From contig JBMYOQ010000003.1 in assembly GCA_049599475.1 (NCBI GenBank), positions 1-64,000 of the forward strand: DNA of 64,000 bases. The letters are read 5' to 3'. Below, one piece after another: positions 22,325 through 33,254 of the stretch. The DNA is from Opitutales bacterium. Lineage in GTDB: Bacteria > Verrucomicrobiota > Verrucomicrobiia > Opitutales > JABSRG01. Under the pieces are notes generated by a model. The model was not told the origin of the DNA. It searched no databases and saw nothing but the letters and a program-made list of their open reading frames with translations. Positions within the stretch are counted from its first letter, which is position 1, and each line of letters starts with the position of its first letter. Made by a program: the position numbers and the translations under genes.

Positions 22325-25300
22325 TCGAGAGCCTTTCTATTCCTTTATCGGCAAGTTTTATCAACTGCTTCATCTGTTTGTTTTTGGATTCTTCTAGATC
22401 CTCTTCGAAAACGAGCAACAGAGGTAACGATGTCGCAAAATAGTCGATACGACTCGGCTCCATCAATTTGCATTCAGCATAGCGTTTCATTCCAACAAAG
22501 AGCGCCTCGGCTTTTTCAAGCTGGCCCAGTTCGATCAGTGAAAGACCTTTAAAATAGGATAATTCCGAAAACTCGGTGACTGCCATCGCCTCGAAATCAC
22601 CTTCTTCCTCAGCGCTTAGTACGAATGAGAGTTTTGCCTCCTTTGCGAGACCCATGGCCTGATAAGCACGCCCCTTCCAGTAATATACATCGGCCTTAGC
22701 CTGCAGGAGGTGGTAGGCTTCCCCCAAGTTCTGCGGAGGTTGCATGGCGACTTCAAAGTGCTCCAATGCTCGTTCACCATCGCTCACCTCCAGGGCACGT
22801 TGGCCCAGAGCTAGATGGGCTTGCGTATACTGCTTGAGAACTTTGCCCTCCCCGCCTTCCCAGGGGTGGAAGCGTTTACTCAATAGCAACTCCAGAGCCT
22901 TCCCGGGTTGCCCCGTCTCGTTATACAGAGCTGCCAATGACACCGAACAGTCGTCTCTACTCAAGACTAGATCCATATTGTCTAACAGCGTGGCCAGCCG
23001 CGCCTCAGCGGAGTCTCCAAGTTTTTCCCGCAATTGATCATACTCGGTGAAGATACGCGCATCCTCAGGGTCTAAAGCGATCGCAGACTCATAGGCTGCC
23101 TTTGCCGCAGGTCCATCAGAGCGGACGTTCCAATACGCGATGCCCAAGTTGCGCTTCACCGATGCAAACGGCTCCACCTGTTCCCAGGCATGAATTGCAT
23201 CTTCGTGGCGCTTGCGGTCGTAAAACAGATTGCCCAGCCCATAGAAAGCATTGCCATCATTCCCCGGCTGTTGTGTTGCCCATTCTAGGACAATTTGGTC
23301 ATGCTGCCGGGACGGAAACATGTAGGCGTGCCCCAAGCTGCGCGCTTTTTCGAGGTCGCGCGGATCCTGAGTCAACCAAGCGAGTGCGTAATGAGTAAGC
23401 TGTGAACTTGAGAGCGGATTCGGGACAGCATCTGCGGCGGCTTCCGAGCCATGGTGAAGATGCAAGAGCGCAATCGCTTTATCTGCGAAGCCTGTATCCG
23501 CATAATCATACACAAGATCCAACACCGTTTGCGCATCGTTCCGGCTTTTCTCGAGGAAACCATCGACATCGCCCAATTCAAATCGCGCCCAATGATCGAG
23601 AGGGTGAAGCTCCAGAAGGGCCTCCAAAACGGGCCGCCATTCTCGACCCATTTTTCTCAATATCATCGCCTTGAGCACATGGGTTTTATTGCTTTGACGA
23701 TTTGTATCCAAAGCATACTCACAATGCTCCAAGGCCTGCTCCCAGAGGCCTCTGCGGGCATCGATCGCTGCTAGCTCGTATGAGGCAGCACCTTTCCACG
23801 CATAGTCCCACGTGGCCTTGTAGGATGCTCCGTAGGCGGCCTCGAAGTCACCCAGAAAACGGTGGGCCAACCCCATGTAGTAATGGGCCTCACCCGTGCA
23901 CGGGTTCGGATGACGGTGAGTCAGGCGGTCAGCGGAAGCTTTAAAATGCGTTAAGGCGTCGGCAAACAGACCTTGTTTCAACTTCGCGCGCCCCATTGCC
24001 AAGTGTGTGCGGGCCTCCTTCGGATCCCGTCGCAGAATCTCTTCCCAATAGATTTCGGGACAACGCGTTGGGTGGCGGTATTGCTCCAGGTGCTCCGCGG
24101 TCAAATAGAGCTCATCGACACTCTCAATCTCTTCGGGCAGCGGCGGCTCGGTGGCCAAGTCACGATTGCGCTGGAGGCCCGATACGTCGACTGGTCGATA
24201 CGCAATGATCCCCTCGATACATAACTCCAGTGATGCTGGATTCTCCCCCGTAAACTTGAGCGTCTTGTCGACCCACGGATTTTCGGGCGAAATATCGATT
24301 CGGATGTCCAGGAGCACATCTGAACCGTCGCGAAGGACAATGTGAGCGCCTTCTAAAAGCCTCGATGCCGCGGCGCCCATATCGATCGTCCGGTCATCTG
24401 CGAAAACGAGACGAAGCGCGGCGTCTTTATTCGCATTTTGCACAGGACCCAATTTTTTGAAGGGCCACCAATATTGCGAAAACGTCTTGGTCTCGTATGG
24501 CTGCAGGTAAGTAAAGTCCGGCTGATTGTCCGTATAAACTCCGGCCATCAACTCCACATACGGCGCCGGTTTTCCAGTACGCCCTACCCGATCCGTAAGC
24601 TCGCGATCCCAAGCCCAGCCAAATTCATGATTTCCCCAGGTCCACTGCTTCTTACCTGGAGAGATATGATGATTGGCGACGTGGATGAAGCCGCCTTCTG
24701 CATCGTAATCGTAGGCCCCGAAAAAATCGAAGCGCGTATCACAGACCATATAACTCGTTGGCACCGGTATATTCTTATACCAACTCAAATCATTCGCCTC
24801 CGGGCGGCCAGCGTATTCCACACCGTAATACAGATTCTGTGCGCGCGGGAAGCTGCTCTGCGCACGGACTGCGTGGTCTGCGACATAATGGACATCGGGT
24901 GGGAAAAAGCTTTGGAAATTGTCATGCACTTCGGCCGCGACATTGGCCCACCACAAAAATGTCTGCGTAAACGGCGTGCGGTTATATAAACGCGCTTTCA
25001 ACTCGATGAGTGAACTATTGGGATGTAAGCGCACCCCATGCATCCCCTTTAGGCGGTTCAATGGATCATGCTCGGACATCCAGACCGTCTTGCTGCCATC
25101 CGCACCCTCTTCGAGATGAGTATCGACCGGCATATAGGTCCCCGGGCGGTGGTGCTGCGGCCAATTGAACTCAACTCCTCCGGAGATCCAGGGTCCAGCA
25201 AGTCCCACCAACGCCGGCTTAATTTCATCCTGCCGGTAGAAGAAATCGTAATCAGCATTGGTCTTATCCTGACCCAGGAAAATCCGTCCACCGATTTCAG

Positions 25301-25520
25301 GCAACATCACCAAGCGGACCTGATCATTTTCCAGCTTTACCGAGTCGTAGATCTGACTTTGAGGTTCATCAAAAACCTTATCAATAAAAGGGACAGGATA
25401 CACCTTGCCACAGGATCCCTGATACACGCGTTTTTCAAAAAAGAGCGGATTCTTTTCCGGAATTCCTAGACCATAGGTAGGCAGGCTCAGGGGCCCGCGA
25501 TGCATATCTACATTGCTCAT
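22305..25520 (-). CDS. DUF5107 domain + TPR repeat protein (YphG-like)
   Basis: RVYQGSCGKVYP, LPEIGGRI, IKPALVGLAGPWISGGVEFNWPQHHRP, PGKKQWTWG, FHPWEGGEGKV, DYFATSLP. Confidence 0.88.
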   Translation of the reverse strand: MSNVDMHRGPLSLPTYGLGIPEKNPLFFEKRVYQGSCGKVYPVPFIDKVFDEPQSQIYDSVKLENDQVRLVMLPEIGGRIFLGQDKTNADYDFFYRQDEIKPALVGLAGPWISGGVEFNWPQHHRPGTYMPVDTHLEEGADGSKTVWMSEHDPLNRLKGMHGVRLHPNSSLIELKARLYNRTPFTQTFLWWANVAAEVHDNFQSFFPPDVHYVADHAVRAQSSFPRAQNLYYGVEYAGRPEANDLSWYKNIPVPTSYMVCDTRFDFFGAYDYDAEGGFIHVANHHISPGKKQWTWGNHEFGWAWDRELTDRVGRTGKPAPYVELMAGVYTDNQPDFTYLQPYETKTFSQYWWPFKKLGPVQNANKDAALRLVFADDRTIDMGAAASRLLEGAHIVLRDGSDVLLDIRIDISPENPWVDKTLKFTGENPASLELCIEGIIAYRPVDVSGLQRNRDLATEPPLPEEIESVDELYLTAEHLEQYRHPTRCPEIYWEEILRRDPKEARTHLAMGRAKLKQGLFADALTHFKASADRLTHRHPNPCTGEAHYYMGLAHRFLGDFEAAYGASYKATWDYAWKGAASYELAAIDARRGLWEQALEHCEYALDTNRQSNKTHVLKAMILRKMGREWRPVLEALLELHPLDHWARFELGDVDGFLEKSRNDAQTVLDLVYDYADTGFADKAIALLHLHHGSEAAADAVPNPLSSSQLTHYALAWLTQDPRDLEKARSLGHAYMFPSRQHDQIVLEWATQQPGNDGNAFYGLGNLFYDRKRHEDAIHAWEQVEPFASVKRNLGIAYWNVRSDGPAAKAAYESAIALDPEDARIFTEYDQLREKLGDSAEARLATLLDNMDLVLSRDDCSVSLAALYNETGQPGKALELLLSKRFHPWEGGEGKVLKQYTQAHLALGQRALEVSDGERALEHFEVAMQPPQNLGEAYHLLQAKADVYYWKGRAYQAMGLAKEAKLSFVLSAEEEGDFEAMAVTEFSELSYFKGLSLIELGQLEKAEALFVGMKRYAECKLMEPSRIDYFATSLPLLLVFEEDLEESKNKQMKQLIKLADKGIERLSNETNLC

Positions 25521-25553
25521 AATAAGAAAAGAGAGGAGTTGCTGGGAGGGTCG

Positions 25554-26954
25554 TTATCGAACGAGCGTCTTCTCGATATCTTCGAGAGATTTGCCTTTGG
25601 TCTCCGGGACGAAGGCTTTTAAAATCAAAAATCCGACCATGCACACGCCGCCATACATCCAGAAGGTGCCAGCGGCCCCTAGAGCGACATTTATCGGCTA
25701 AAAGCTCACAGTCAGACTGAAACAAGCGATCCATAATGCGGATACACAGGCACTCATCGAGATGCCCCGAATACGTGTCGGGAACAGCTCGGAAAGGAGA
25801 ACCCACGTGATGGGTGCGAGGGTCATCGCATAGCAAGCGATCGCCACTAATACGACCAACAAGACAGCGAATCCAGTGACTCCAAAATAGTAGCATGCGC
25901 CCAATATCGCGTATGTGACCATCAGCCCCGCAGAGCCCATCAGCATAAGGGGACGTCGCCCGACTTTATCCACCGTCTTTATCGCGACAAAGGTGAAAAC
26001 GAGATTCACAATACCCGTGATCACCACATTGAACATCATGCCGCTTACATCGAAGCCAGCAGCTTGAAAGATTTCTTGGGCATAATTGAAGATGACGTTG
26101 ATCCCGCACCATTGCTGGAAGACAGCGATAAATATACCGAGCCCTAAAATTTTGAGAAGCTTGGGATTTTTAAATTCAGTGAAGCCGTTGGGGGCTGCGC
26201 TCTGCCCTAGGGTCTCTTTCGCTTCAGCGAGGGCCGAGTCCGCGTACGCATTGCCTCCGAGCTTAGCGAGGATGGACTTCGCTTTGTCCTGTCGCCCCTG
26301 TTGCAGTAACCATCTCGGCGACTCCGGCACAAACCAAGCCAGGAGTAAAAACAATCCAGCAGGTACTGCTTCCGCAGCAAACATCCACCGCCACCCGTAT
26401 TGACCATTCCATGACTCTAAAATGAGTGCAGCACTTGCATCTTCTGCAACCGGCTCAGCGTTGTAGATCAATAAATTAACAATCTGTGCAGCCAAGACAC
26501 CGATCACGATCGTCAATTGATTAATCGAAACAAACTTCCCTCGCATGCTGGGCGGAGACACTTCGGCGATATACATGGGCGATACATTGGAGGCTAAACC
26601 GATACCAATACCCCCAATGATCCGGGCGATGATGAACACATTAAAAGTAAATGACCAAGCGGTCCAAAGCGCAGAAACCACAAATAAGGCCGCGGCGGTG
26701 ATTAGCACCTTTCGACGACCGATGCGGTCCGTAATTGCCCCAGAGATCAATGCCCCCAAGAGACAGCCTAGCAGCGCTGAGCTCATTGCCCATCCGGCCT
26801 TCCATGCTTGCGCATCTTCCGTTAATCCGAAATAGGCCTCATAAAACGGTTTGGCTCCTCCAATGACCACCCAATCGTAGCCAAAGAGCAGTCCGCCCAT
26901 CGCCGCAACGAGGCTAATCATCCAGATGAATCTGATATTATATACGGGGTTCAT
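25554..26954 (-). pseudogene. Sugar porter family MFS transporter interrupted by an in-frame TAG at 25698-25700
   Basis: GGLLFGYD, GRR, PMYIAEVSP, PESPRWL, FQQWCGIN. Reading through TAG gives PINVALGAAGTFWMYGG...VPETKGKSLEDIE, ending at TAA 25554-25556. Confidence 0.8.
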
Positions 26955-27052
26955 AGGGGAGGCTCACATATTACCAGCCCATACACATATCGGCCATAGG
27001 GTATCTAATGTTATTGCATGGACAAAATTATTATTATCGATAACGTATAAGC

Positions 27053-27937
27053 ATGCACTCCGAAGAGCGTTTCACCGAAGGTTTTCCCGACCAGCGCTTG
27101 GTCATTCTACCCAAGCACGGAATCCAGCGATCTCAGTCATTGGGCTGGGTCAGCCAATTATACATTACACATATCGGAGCCTATCCCACAGCTCCGAACC
27201 ACTATGTGGAACGCTCGGACAGCCAAGACAATATTCTCATTTACTGCCTCGAGGGAAAAGGCACCCTCACCCTCGAAAAAGAGACCTTCAAAATAGGCCG
27301 CGGACACGCTGCCTTCATCCCAGCTCACACATCGCATGTCTACCAGAGTGACCCCAATGATCCATGGTCAATATTTTGGGTGCACTTCAGGGGAGAACAG
27401 AAAGAGACAATACTCAAGGAGATGGAAGTGAGCTGCTCGGCACCGTTGATCTACGCTCCCAATGTCAGTGCCATAAAGCATCGTTTCGAGGAAACATATA
27501 CTTGTCTCGCACACAATTTCTCAGATGCGGGACTTATTGCAATGAGCAGTGGACTCATGCGACTGCTCAGCGAAATTAAGCTCAACCAAAGCACTCACCA
27601 AAGCGGCAACCAAGCGATAGAAAACCGCATTCAGGTCACCATCAAATTCATGCACCAGCATCTGAATGTCCCGCTGACCTTGAAAGAGATGGCGACATAC
27701 GCCGGCCTGTCGGTCCCCCATTTCAGCATGCTTTTCCGAAAGCGCACCAACCAATCTCCTGTAGCCTATTTCACCCAAATACGCATCCGTAAGGCATGTG
27801 AACTCTTATTGAAAACGGAGGAACCCGTGCACGCGATTGCAAATCAGCTCGGTTACCCAGATCCGTTCTATTTCAGCAGAGCATTTAAAAAGACCCAAGG
27901 CGTCTCACCCATGGACTATCGTATGCAGCTGGAGTAG
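27053..27937 (+). CDS. AraC family transcriptional regulator
   Basis: Cupin ligand domain (PWSIFWVHF) and double HTH (GLSVPHFSMLFRK, LGYPDPFYFSRAFKK). Divergent from the sugar porter operon. Confidence 0.93.
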   Translation: MHSEERFTEGFPDQRLVILPKHGIQRSQSLGWVSQLYITHIGAYPTAPNHYVERSDSQDNILIYCLEGKGTLTLEKETFKIGRGHAAFIPAHTSHVYQSDPNDPWSIFWVHFRGEQKETILKEMEVSCSAPLIYAPNVSAIKHRFEETYTCLAHNFSDAGLIAMSSGLMRLLSEIKLNQSTHQSGNQAIENRIQVTIKFMHQHLNVPLTLKEMATYAGLSVPHFSMLFRKRTNQSPVAYFTQIRIRKACELLLKTEEPVHAIANQLGYPDPFYFSRAFKKTQGVSPMDYRMQLE

Positions 27938-27951
27938 CAGAAGCAACCGCT

Positions 27952-29454
27952 CTACTTATCCAGATACTCTTTCCAGCTTTGGGTGGGCATGAGCTCTCCG
28001 GCCTCGAGGCGCTCCCAGAGCTCCGGCGCTTTTTCCTGCACGGCATTCATCACCTGGACTGAGCGCAAGTTCTTATCGGGTTCGCGTTGGCCGAGATCTT
28101 TGAGTCCGAAGTCTGTATTCTCCTGCTGCCACTCACGTTCTAGCGCGCGCATTTCTGCAAGCACCGAGGCGTATTCGGGATTATTGGCCAGATTATACAT
28201 CTCGTGCGGGTCATTCTCTAAATCATAGAGCTCCTCCTCCGGTTTCTGGTCCTCAAAAAAGGTCATTTCAGCATCGGACAAGGCACCCTCGCGCGCAAGA
28301 CGACGCATGACGTGGACCGCGGGGCGGTTTAAATCCAAGTATGCCTGCCCTGCATCCCAAGGCGCATCAGGTATATGATTCTTAATGTATTTGAATCTCT
28401 GAGTCACAACACTACGCGACGCTTCATCAATTTCGTCCCAAATGTCGCGCGCCGTGCGGACGTATTCGCGATAGTTGGGGTGCTCCCTTCCGATCACCGG
28501 GCGGCCTGTAACGTAGTCGGGGATATCTGCGCCTGCCAAATCTAGGATAGATGCCGAGATATCCGTGAGTGTCACCAATTCTTCCACAACAGTCCCCGCC
28601 TCGATGCGTCCGGGCGCCCAAACAATCATGGGGACATGAATTCCAGGCTCTTGCAGATAGCCTTTGCCGCGAATATTGCAGCGACCGTTATCTGCCACAA
28701 AAATCACGATTGTGTTATCCTCGATCCCCTCTTTCTTGAGACGCTCGAGGATGAGCCCGACTTCGTTATCCATATACTCAACCGTATCCAAGTAAGCGGC
28801 CCAATCATATCGGATTTCGGGCGTATCCGCCATGTAAGGAGGCAGTTCGATCTCGTCGAGGCACACCGGATCTTCAGACTGCTCTCGCACCTCACGCCAC
28901 CAATCTCCGCGATGGGTGACTTTCAACTGTATTTGGTTAAAGAAGGGCTGATCTTCCGCGGTGAACGTATCCAATTTGTCGAACAGCCCAAAATTCTCGA
29001 CACCGTCGTAGGCGCCCACTGCCTTGTGTTTAAAATTCACATCTACCTTGCGTCCTTTCTGGAGGACAAGGTCACTCCCCAAAACACAGGTATAGCCCTG
29101 TTCGCGCAACCAGGTGGTAATGGGCTTATACGGCTCAGGGAGCGGGCGATCTCGGTGGCTCCGGTGGTGTTGTGCGTCGAAAATATTTTGGTGGGTTCCG
29201 ACCATCATTGCGGATCGACTTGGCGAGCAAATAGGATTGGTCGCATAGGCACGCTTATACAGGGCACCCTCGGCAGCCATTTGGTTTAAGTGAGGCGTCT
29301 GCACTCCGGCCATCCCATAGATCTCCAAATCGATGCCCATATCTTCAGCCATCAACCAAATAATATTGGGGCGCTCTTCCGCTCCCGCTTTTACCATAAT
29401 AAGAAAGGCCAAAAAAAGGCCCTTCAGCAGCAACAATAGATATTCAACACTCAT
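27952..29454 (-). CDS. Sulfatase (Cys-type)
   Basis: RPNIIWLMAED, CSPSR, ADNG, EELYDLENDP. Confidence 0.92.
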   Translation of the reverse strand: MSVEYLLLLLKGLFLAFLIMVKAGAEERPNIIWLMAEDMGIDLEIYGMAGVQTPHLNQMAAEGALYKRAYATNPICSPSRSAMMVGTHQNIFDAQHHRSHRDRPLPEPYKPITTWLREQGYTCVLGSDLVLQKGRKVDVNFKHKAVGAYDGVENFGLFDKLDTFTAEDQPFFNQIQLKVTHRGDWWREVREQSEDPVCLDEIELPPYMADTPEIRYDWAAYLDTVEYMDNEVGLILERLKKEGIEDNTIVIFVADNGRCNIRGKGYLQEPGIHVPMIVWAPGRIEAGTVVEELVTLTDISASILDLAGADIPDYVTGRPVIGREHPNYREYVRTARDIWDEIDEASRSVVTQRFKYIKNHIPDAPWDAGQAYLDLNRPAVHVMRRLAREGALSDAEMTFFEDQKPEEELYDLENDPHEMYNLANNPEYASVLAEMRALEREWQQENTDFGLKDLGQREPDKNLRSVQVMNAVQEKAPELWERLEAGELMPTQSWKEYLDK

Positions 29455-29463
29455 TATAGATTC

Positions 29464-30909
29464 CTATAAGTTCACCCCGGTTCCCTGTAAGGACGCGTCG
29501 TTATCCCACATAATAAACCAGGGATCTTGGGTGCGTTTTTGAAATTCTTTCAGCTCCTCTTTTAGGAAATTTAAGACCTCCCAATAAGACCCGTCATCCG
29601 CTAAATTACTGACTTCCCAGGGATCTGAGGCGAGATCGTACAATTCAAACTCAGGGCGATCTAAGTAGTCCTCCACCGAGCGCAAACCCAATTGATCTTG
29701 GTTCCTCTTCAAAAGGCTCTGCCAAGATGACGCCGCCCACAAGTCCGATGCAAAGGGATACGGCAGCCCATGGGCAATATTCCAGATCAGTTTGTAGTTA
29801 TCTTTTCTGACAACCCGCATCGGGTAATACATCGTGAGCTCGTGGAAATTATGAGCCGCGAATACGGCTTTACGCGCATCTGCATTCGGTGAGCCTTCCA
29901 GCAAGGCTGAGAACGAAGTGCCGTGAAAATCCTTTTTATCAAACGAAATACCTGCAAGATCTAGGAGCGTCGGTGTGAGGTCAACCCATGACACGAAGGC
30001 ATCCGATACACTGCCTGCGATATCTGCTAGCGGATTTTTGATAATACACGGCAGGCGAATACCGGGCTCATAGACCGTAGTTTTGGCTCCTGGGAAGGCG
30101 ATACCGTTGTCCGAAATATAAATGACAATCGTCTCATTTTCCTTACCAGCCTCTTCGACGATCTCCAACAGGCGCCCCACCCCTTGATCGATGCGAGATA
30201 CCGATCGGTAATACTGAGCAATCTCAGCGCGCGTCTCGGCATTATCTGTAAGAAATGGTGGCACATGGACTGCATCTGGCGCGTAGACGACAGGTTCTAC
30301 ACCGGGGTAACCATCTGCGCGGTTTCCGAAATTATTAGGCAGCTCCCAACTCTCCGGCTTAAAGGGGTAAGCGCGGTGCGGATCATCCGGGCAAAAGTAT
30401 AGGAAGAATGGTTGGTCGCCACGGATTATATTTTCGCAGGCCTCAGCCATCTCAACCGTGCTACGCGGGTCCGCCTCAAGAACGGAATCGAAGCGATAGA
30501 CACTCTCCGGGGCCAAGTGGTATTTACCAATACGAGCGGTGTGGTAGCCCGCCTGACTCAGCAAAACCGGGAACGACGGCGTGCCTTCAAACGTGCTGAA
30601 GTGGTGGTAATCGTGAACATGGCCGTAGGAACCCGTGGCATGGCCGTATTTTCCCGTAAGAATCACCGAGCGGCTAGCGGCGCAACTTGCGCTGGTGCAA
30701 TAAGCATTCTCAAAACGCATACCCTCCTTCGCGAGACTGTCCAAATGAGGTGTCTGGATGACTTCATTGCCATAGGCCCCCAAGGCATCCACTCCGTGAT
30801 CATCCGATACGATCAAGACAATGTTTGGGCGCGCTTCTGCGAACAAAGTCGTCGCGCACAACGCCCACGTGAACAGGGCAATTTTTAGCAAGCGGATAAC
30901 GGGGTCCAT
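29464..30909 (-). CDS. Sulfatase (Cys-type, CxAxR variant; sulfamidase-like)
   Basis: RPNIVLIVSDD, CAASR, DPHR, SDNG, HELTMYYPMR. Confidence 0.92.
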   Translation of the reverse strand: MDPVIRLLKIALFTWALCATTLFAEARPNIVLIVSDDHGVDALGAYGNEVIQTPHLDSLAKEGMRFENAYCTSASCAASRSVILTGKYGHATGSYGHVHDYHHFSTFEGTPSFPVLLSQAGYHTARIGKYHLAPESVYRFDSVLEADPRSTVEMAEACENIIRGDQPFFLYFCPDDPHRAYPFKPESWELPNNFGNRADGYPGVEPVVYAPDAVHVPPFLTDNAETRAEIAQYYRSVSRIDQGVGRLLEIVEEAGKENETIVIYISDNGIAFPGAKTTVYEPGIRLPCIIKNPLADIAGSVSDAFVSWVDLTPTLLDLAGISFDKKDFHGTSFSALLEGSPNADARKAVFAAHNFHELTMYYPMRVVRKDNYKLIWNIAHGLPYPFASDLWAASSWQSLLKRNQDQLGLRSVEDYLDRPEFELYDLASDPWEVSNLADDGSYWEVLNFLKEELKEFQKRTQDPWFIMWDNDASLQGTGVNL

Positions 30910-31014
30910 AGAGTGATAAATGGAGGGGGATTCGAGGGCGCTGAGTATACACCCAAAACGCGTTTCCCGCCCCTCGCTATGTGAATAGGACCCTGAGAGA
31001 ATCGGACCTACACC

Positions 31015-31833
31015 TTACTCACTCAGATCTTTAATGTAGATATCCTTGAAAAAGACCTCTGCCCATTCTGCTTGGAAACCAATCCGGCCTGATTCTAAGG
31101 GGATTGTTTCTCCCTTTTTGGTCATCTTCATATCCTCCACTTCGAGAACCTTTTCTCCATTTAAAAAATATTCCGCCAACTCGGCGCCATTTACACGGAT
31201 CTCCACGTCGTTCCACTCACCATGCGGATTTTCCTTACCGAGGTTCGTCCAACAACGGCCGAAGCGCTTTTCCACACCTTGAGTCTGCAGCGGGGCTTCG
31301 GGATCAAAAAACGGGTCTCCCCTGCGCACGTCTGCAGTGATTGGCCAACCTATGACAAACAGATCCCCTGTCCGGTAACGTGCCTTGCCCGTGAAGTTGG
31401 GGTCCGAATCACCCATTTGATACTCAATGCAATCCGGCCAGACTTTGCTTAGATTATTCGTAATATGGAAGAGGACGCCTGAATCGCGCGCCACCTTTGT
31501 GCGCGGCTCGAATTTTTTGTCACCCCATTTGTATTTAAACTTCAGGACATAATGACTGTAGCTTTTATCCGTAAATAATACGTCTGTCTCTTCGAGCGCA
31601 CCGTCTTCAATTCCTGAATACACCTGAATGGCACCCAATTCTTTATTCACCGAAAAGTCTCCAAACTCTCCGCTTTTGATATTGCGAGCAGACACCCAGC
31701 CATTGAGATCTTTGCCGTTAAACAAAGGTTGAAAACCTTTCTCCGCCGATGCTTTTTGAGCGATCGCCAGAGCAGAGATCAAGATTAACGACTTCGAAGA
31801 AAGAGAGAATATAGTGCCTAAAATACGCTTCAT
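31015..31833 (-). CDS. DUF1080 / 3-keto-disaccharide hydrolase family protein
   Basis: LFNGKDLNGW, RDSGVLFH, WPDCIEYQ, GEWNDVEI, GRIGFQAE..FKDIYIK. Confidence 0.9.
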   Translation of the reverse strand: MKRILGTIFSLSSKSLILISALAIAQKASAEKGFQPLFNGKDLNGWVSARNIKSGEFGDFSVNKELGAIQVYSGIEDGALEETDVLFTDKSYSHYVLKFKYKWGDKKFEPRTKVARDSGVLFHITNNLSKVWPDCIEYQMGDSDPNFTGKARYRTGDLFVIGWPITADVRRGDPFFDPEAPLQTQGVEKRFGRCWTNLGKENPHGEWNDVEIRVNGAELAEYFLNGEKVLEVEDMKMTKKGETIPLESGRIGFQAEWAEVFFKDIYIKDLSE

Positions 31834-32021
31834 GGTGATGTAAAGTGAAGTTAATGCAGAGAATCTAAGCTATTCGATAATACCCGTATCAAGCAACCAT
31901 GAATACCTAGCCAAGTGGCTAGAGCATTGAGTAAGCTCTGATTTCGATACATAAAATTGCCTACTTGAGGCGCAGTTGGAAACAGGAAGCGACCCCGGCT
32001 CTATCGAACTTCCGCAGGCTT

Positions 32022-33254
32022 TCAACCCGTTACTTCAGACAGGTTTGCCTTCAGCCTCAGTCGGACGAAATCACGATAATTTTCAGCAGGTTCGGTCTCG
32101 GCGGCCCATGATTCCCAGTTTGAGACGGCCTCCACAGTTTGATCGATTATCTCTGCTATCCGTGCCTTCTTTATCATAAAGTCCTGACCCACTTCGACCA
32201 GGTCACGGATTTTCAGCCCTACCCGTTTACCACCGAGCGTCATCCAGGGCCCGCCGAGATCGTTCTCTGTAAACATCAGGTCGTATGCGGGCGAAACGGA
32301 CCAAGTTCGCTGCTCATGCGAATAGACAAATGAGAAATTCTTGGCGTGATCATCATGGTTGTGTGCAAGGACATTGAACACCATTCGCGCAAACTGTTCC
32401 TCCACTGCCAGCTGACTCTGGGTAAGCGCATAGGTCGTTTCCAAGAGTTCGATATAGTCATTCTGCGTGCTCCTGAAATCGAGTTGCCTGAGACCCGCAT
32501 AAGTGTGCGTGTGTATACGCAGATTCGGATTATCAATGGCTCGATCGAAGCGTTCTACGGCGAAGTGCATTTCTCCCTGACGATCTGAGACGAGTCGCGA
32601 CTGTGGCACCCGGATACCCGAGGCTTCCGCCATCCGAGAATAAGCACGCTCTATCGCACCTGCGGAGTCCCTCTGATGTGTCAGCTTCAGCAACCACGCA
32701 CGCATCCCTTCAGGAATGTGGTCTGTGCCCGTGACGATTCGCCGCGTCTCAGAGTCCATAGCAACCAGCAATTTGGGGCGCGCTCCGCCTGCCGTGCCAC
32801 CAGAGACTACAAAGGACCTGTTCAGCACGCCGGCATGCTCTTTTTCCACGATCTTACGTGCAGAATCCACAGCTGCCGAGATGTCGACCCATTCCTGCGC
32901 ATCCGCAAATCCGTCGCTTGGTTCATAGCTCAACGCGCCCATGGTACGGCTACCTTGATAGGCTAATAATCCCACTTGAGACGGCATTGGGCGGCCTTCC
33001 TGCAAAAACCGCTGCCGGATAACATCCATCCCGAAGGAATCCGGCAATGAATCCACAAACAGTCCTGGGATGGTATTGCCGGCCCAATCAAACGGCCCAT
33101 ACACCTCTCGACTCAAACCAAGGTTCAGCGGCGAAAGCTCATGTTTTTCCCTAAGAAAGAGGACATCATACTGAAAGTAGATACCCCGATCCGTCTCCGC
33201 GATCTGCCCAATCCGTTGGCCTTGGTAGAGTACGTTGAGTCTAAGCGTCGACAT
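32022..33254 (-). CDS. hipA: HipA-family Ser/Thr kinase toxin
   Basis: N-terminal couple domain (DSLPDSFG), GGARPK, ERFDR, NHDDHAKNFSF, SPAYDL. Confidence 0.9.
   Translation of the reverse strand: MSTLRLNVLYQGQRIGQIAETDRGIYFQYDVLFLREKHELSPLNLGLSREVYGPFDWAGNTIPGLFVDSLPDSFGMDVIRQRFLQEGRPMPSQVGLLAYQGSRTMGALSYEPSDGFADAQEWVDISAAVDSARKIVEKEHAGVLNRSFVVSGGTAGGARPKLLVAMDSETRRIVTGTDHIPEGMRAWLLKLTHQRDSAGAIERAYSRMAEASGIRVPQSRLVSDRQGEMHFAVERFDRAIDNPNLRIHTHTYAGLRQLDFRSTQNDYIELLETTYALTQSQLAVEEQFARMVFNVLAHNHDDHAKNFSFVYSHEQRTWSVSPAYDLMFTENDLGGPWMTLGGKRVGLKIRDLVEVGQDFMIKKARIAEIIDQTVEAVSNWESWAAETEPAENYRDFVRLRLKANLSEVTG

Noticed and set aside
25698..25700. Pyrrolysine or alternative genetic code
   Set aside because: Many intact genes here end in TAG, and no pyl genes are seen.
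31834..32021. Riboswitch upstream of the DUF1080 gene
   Set aside because: Only short hairpins, with no recognisable aptamer consensus.
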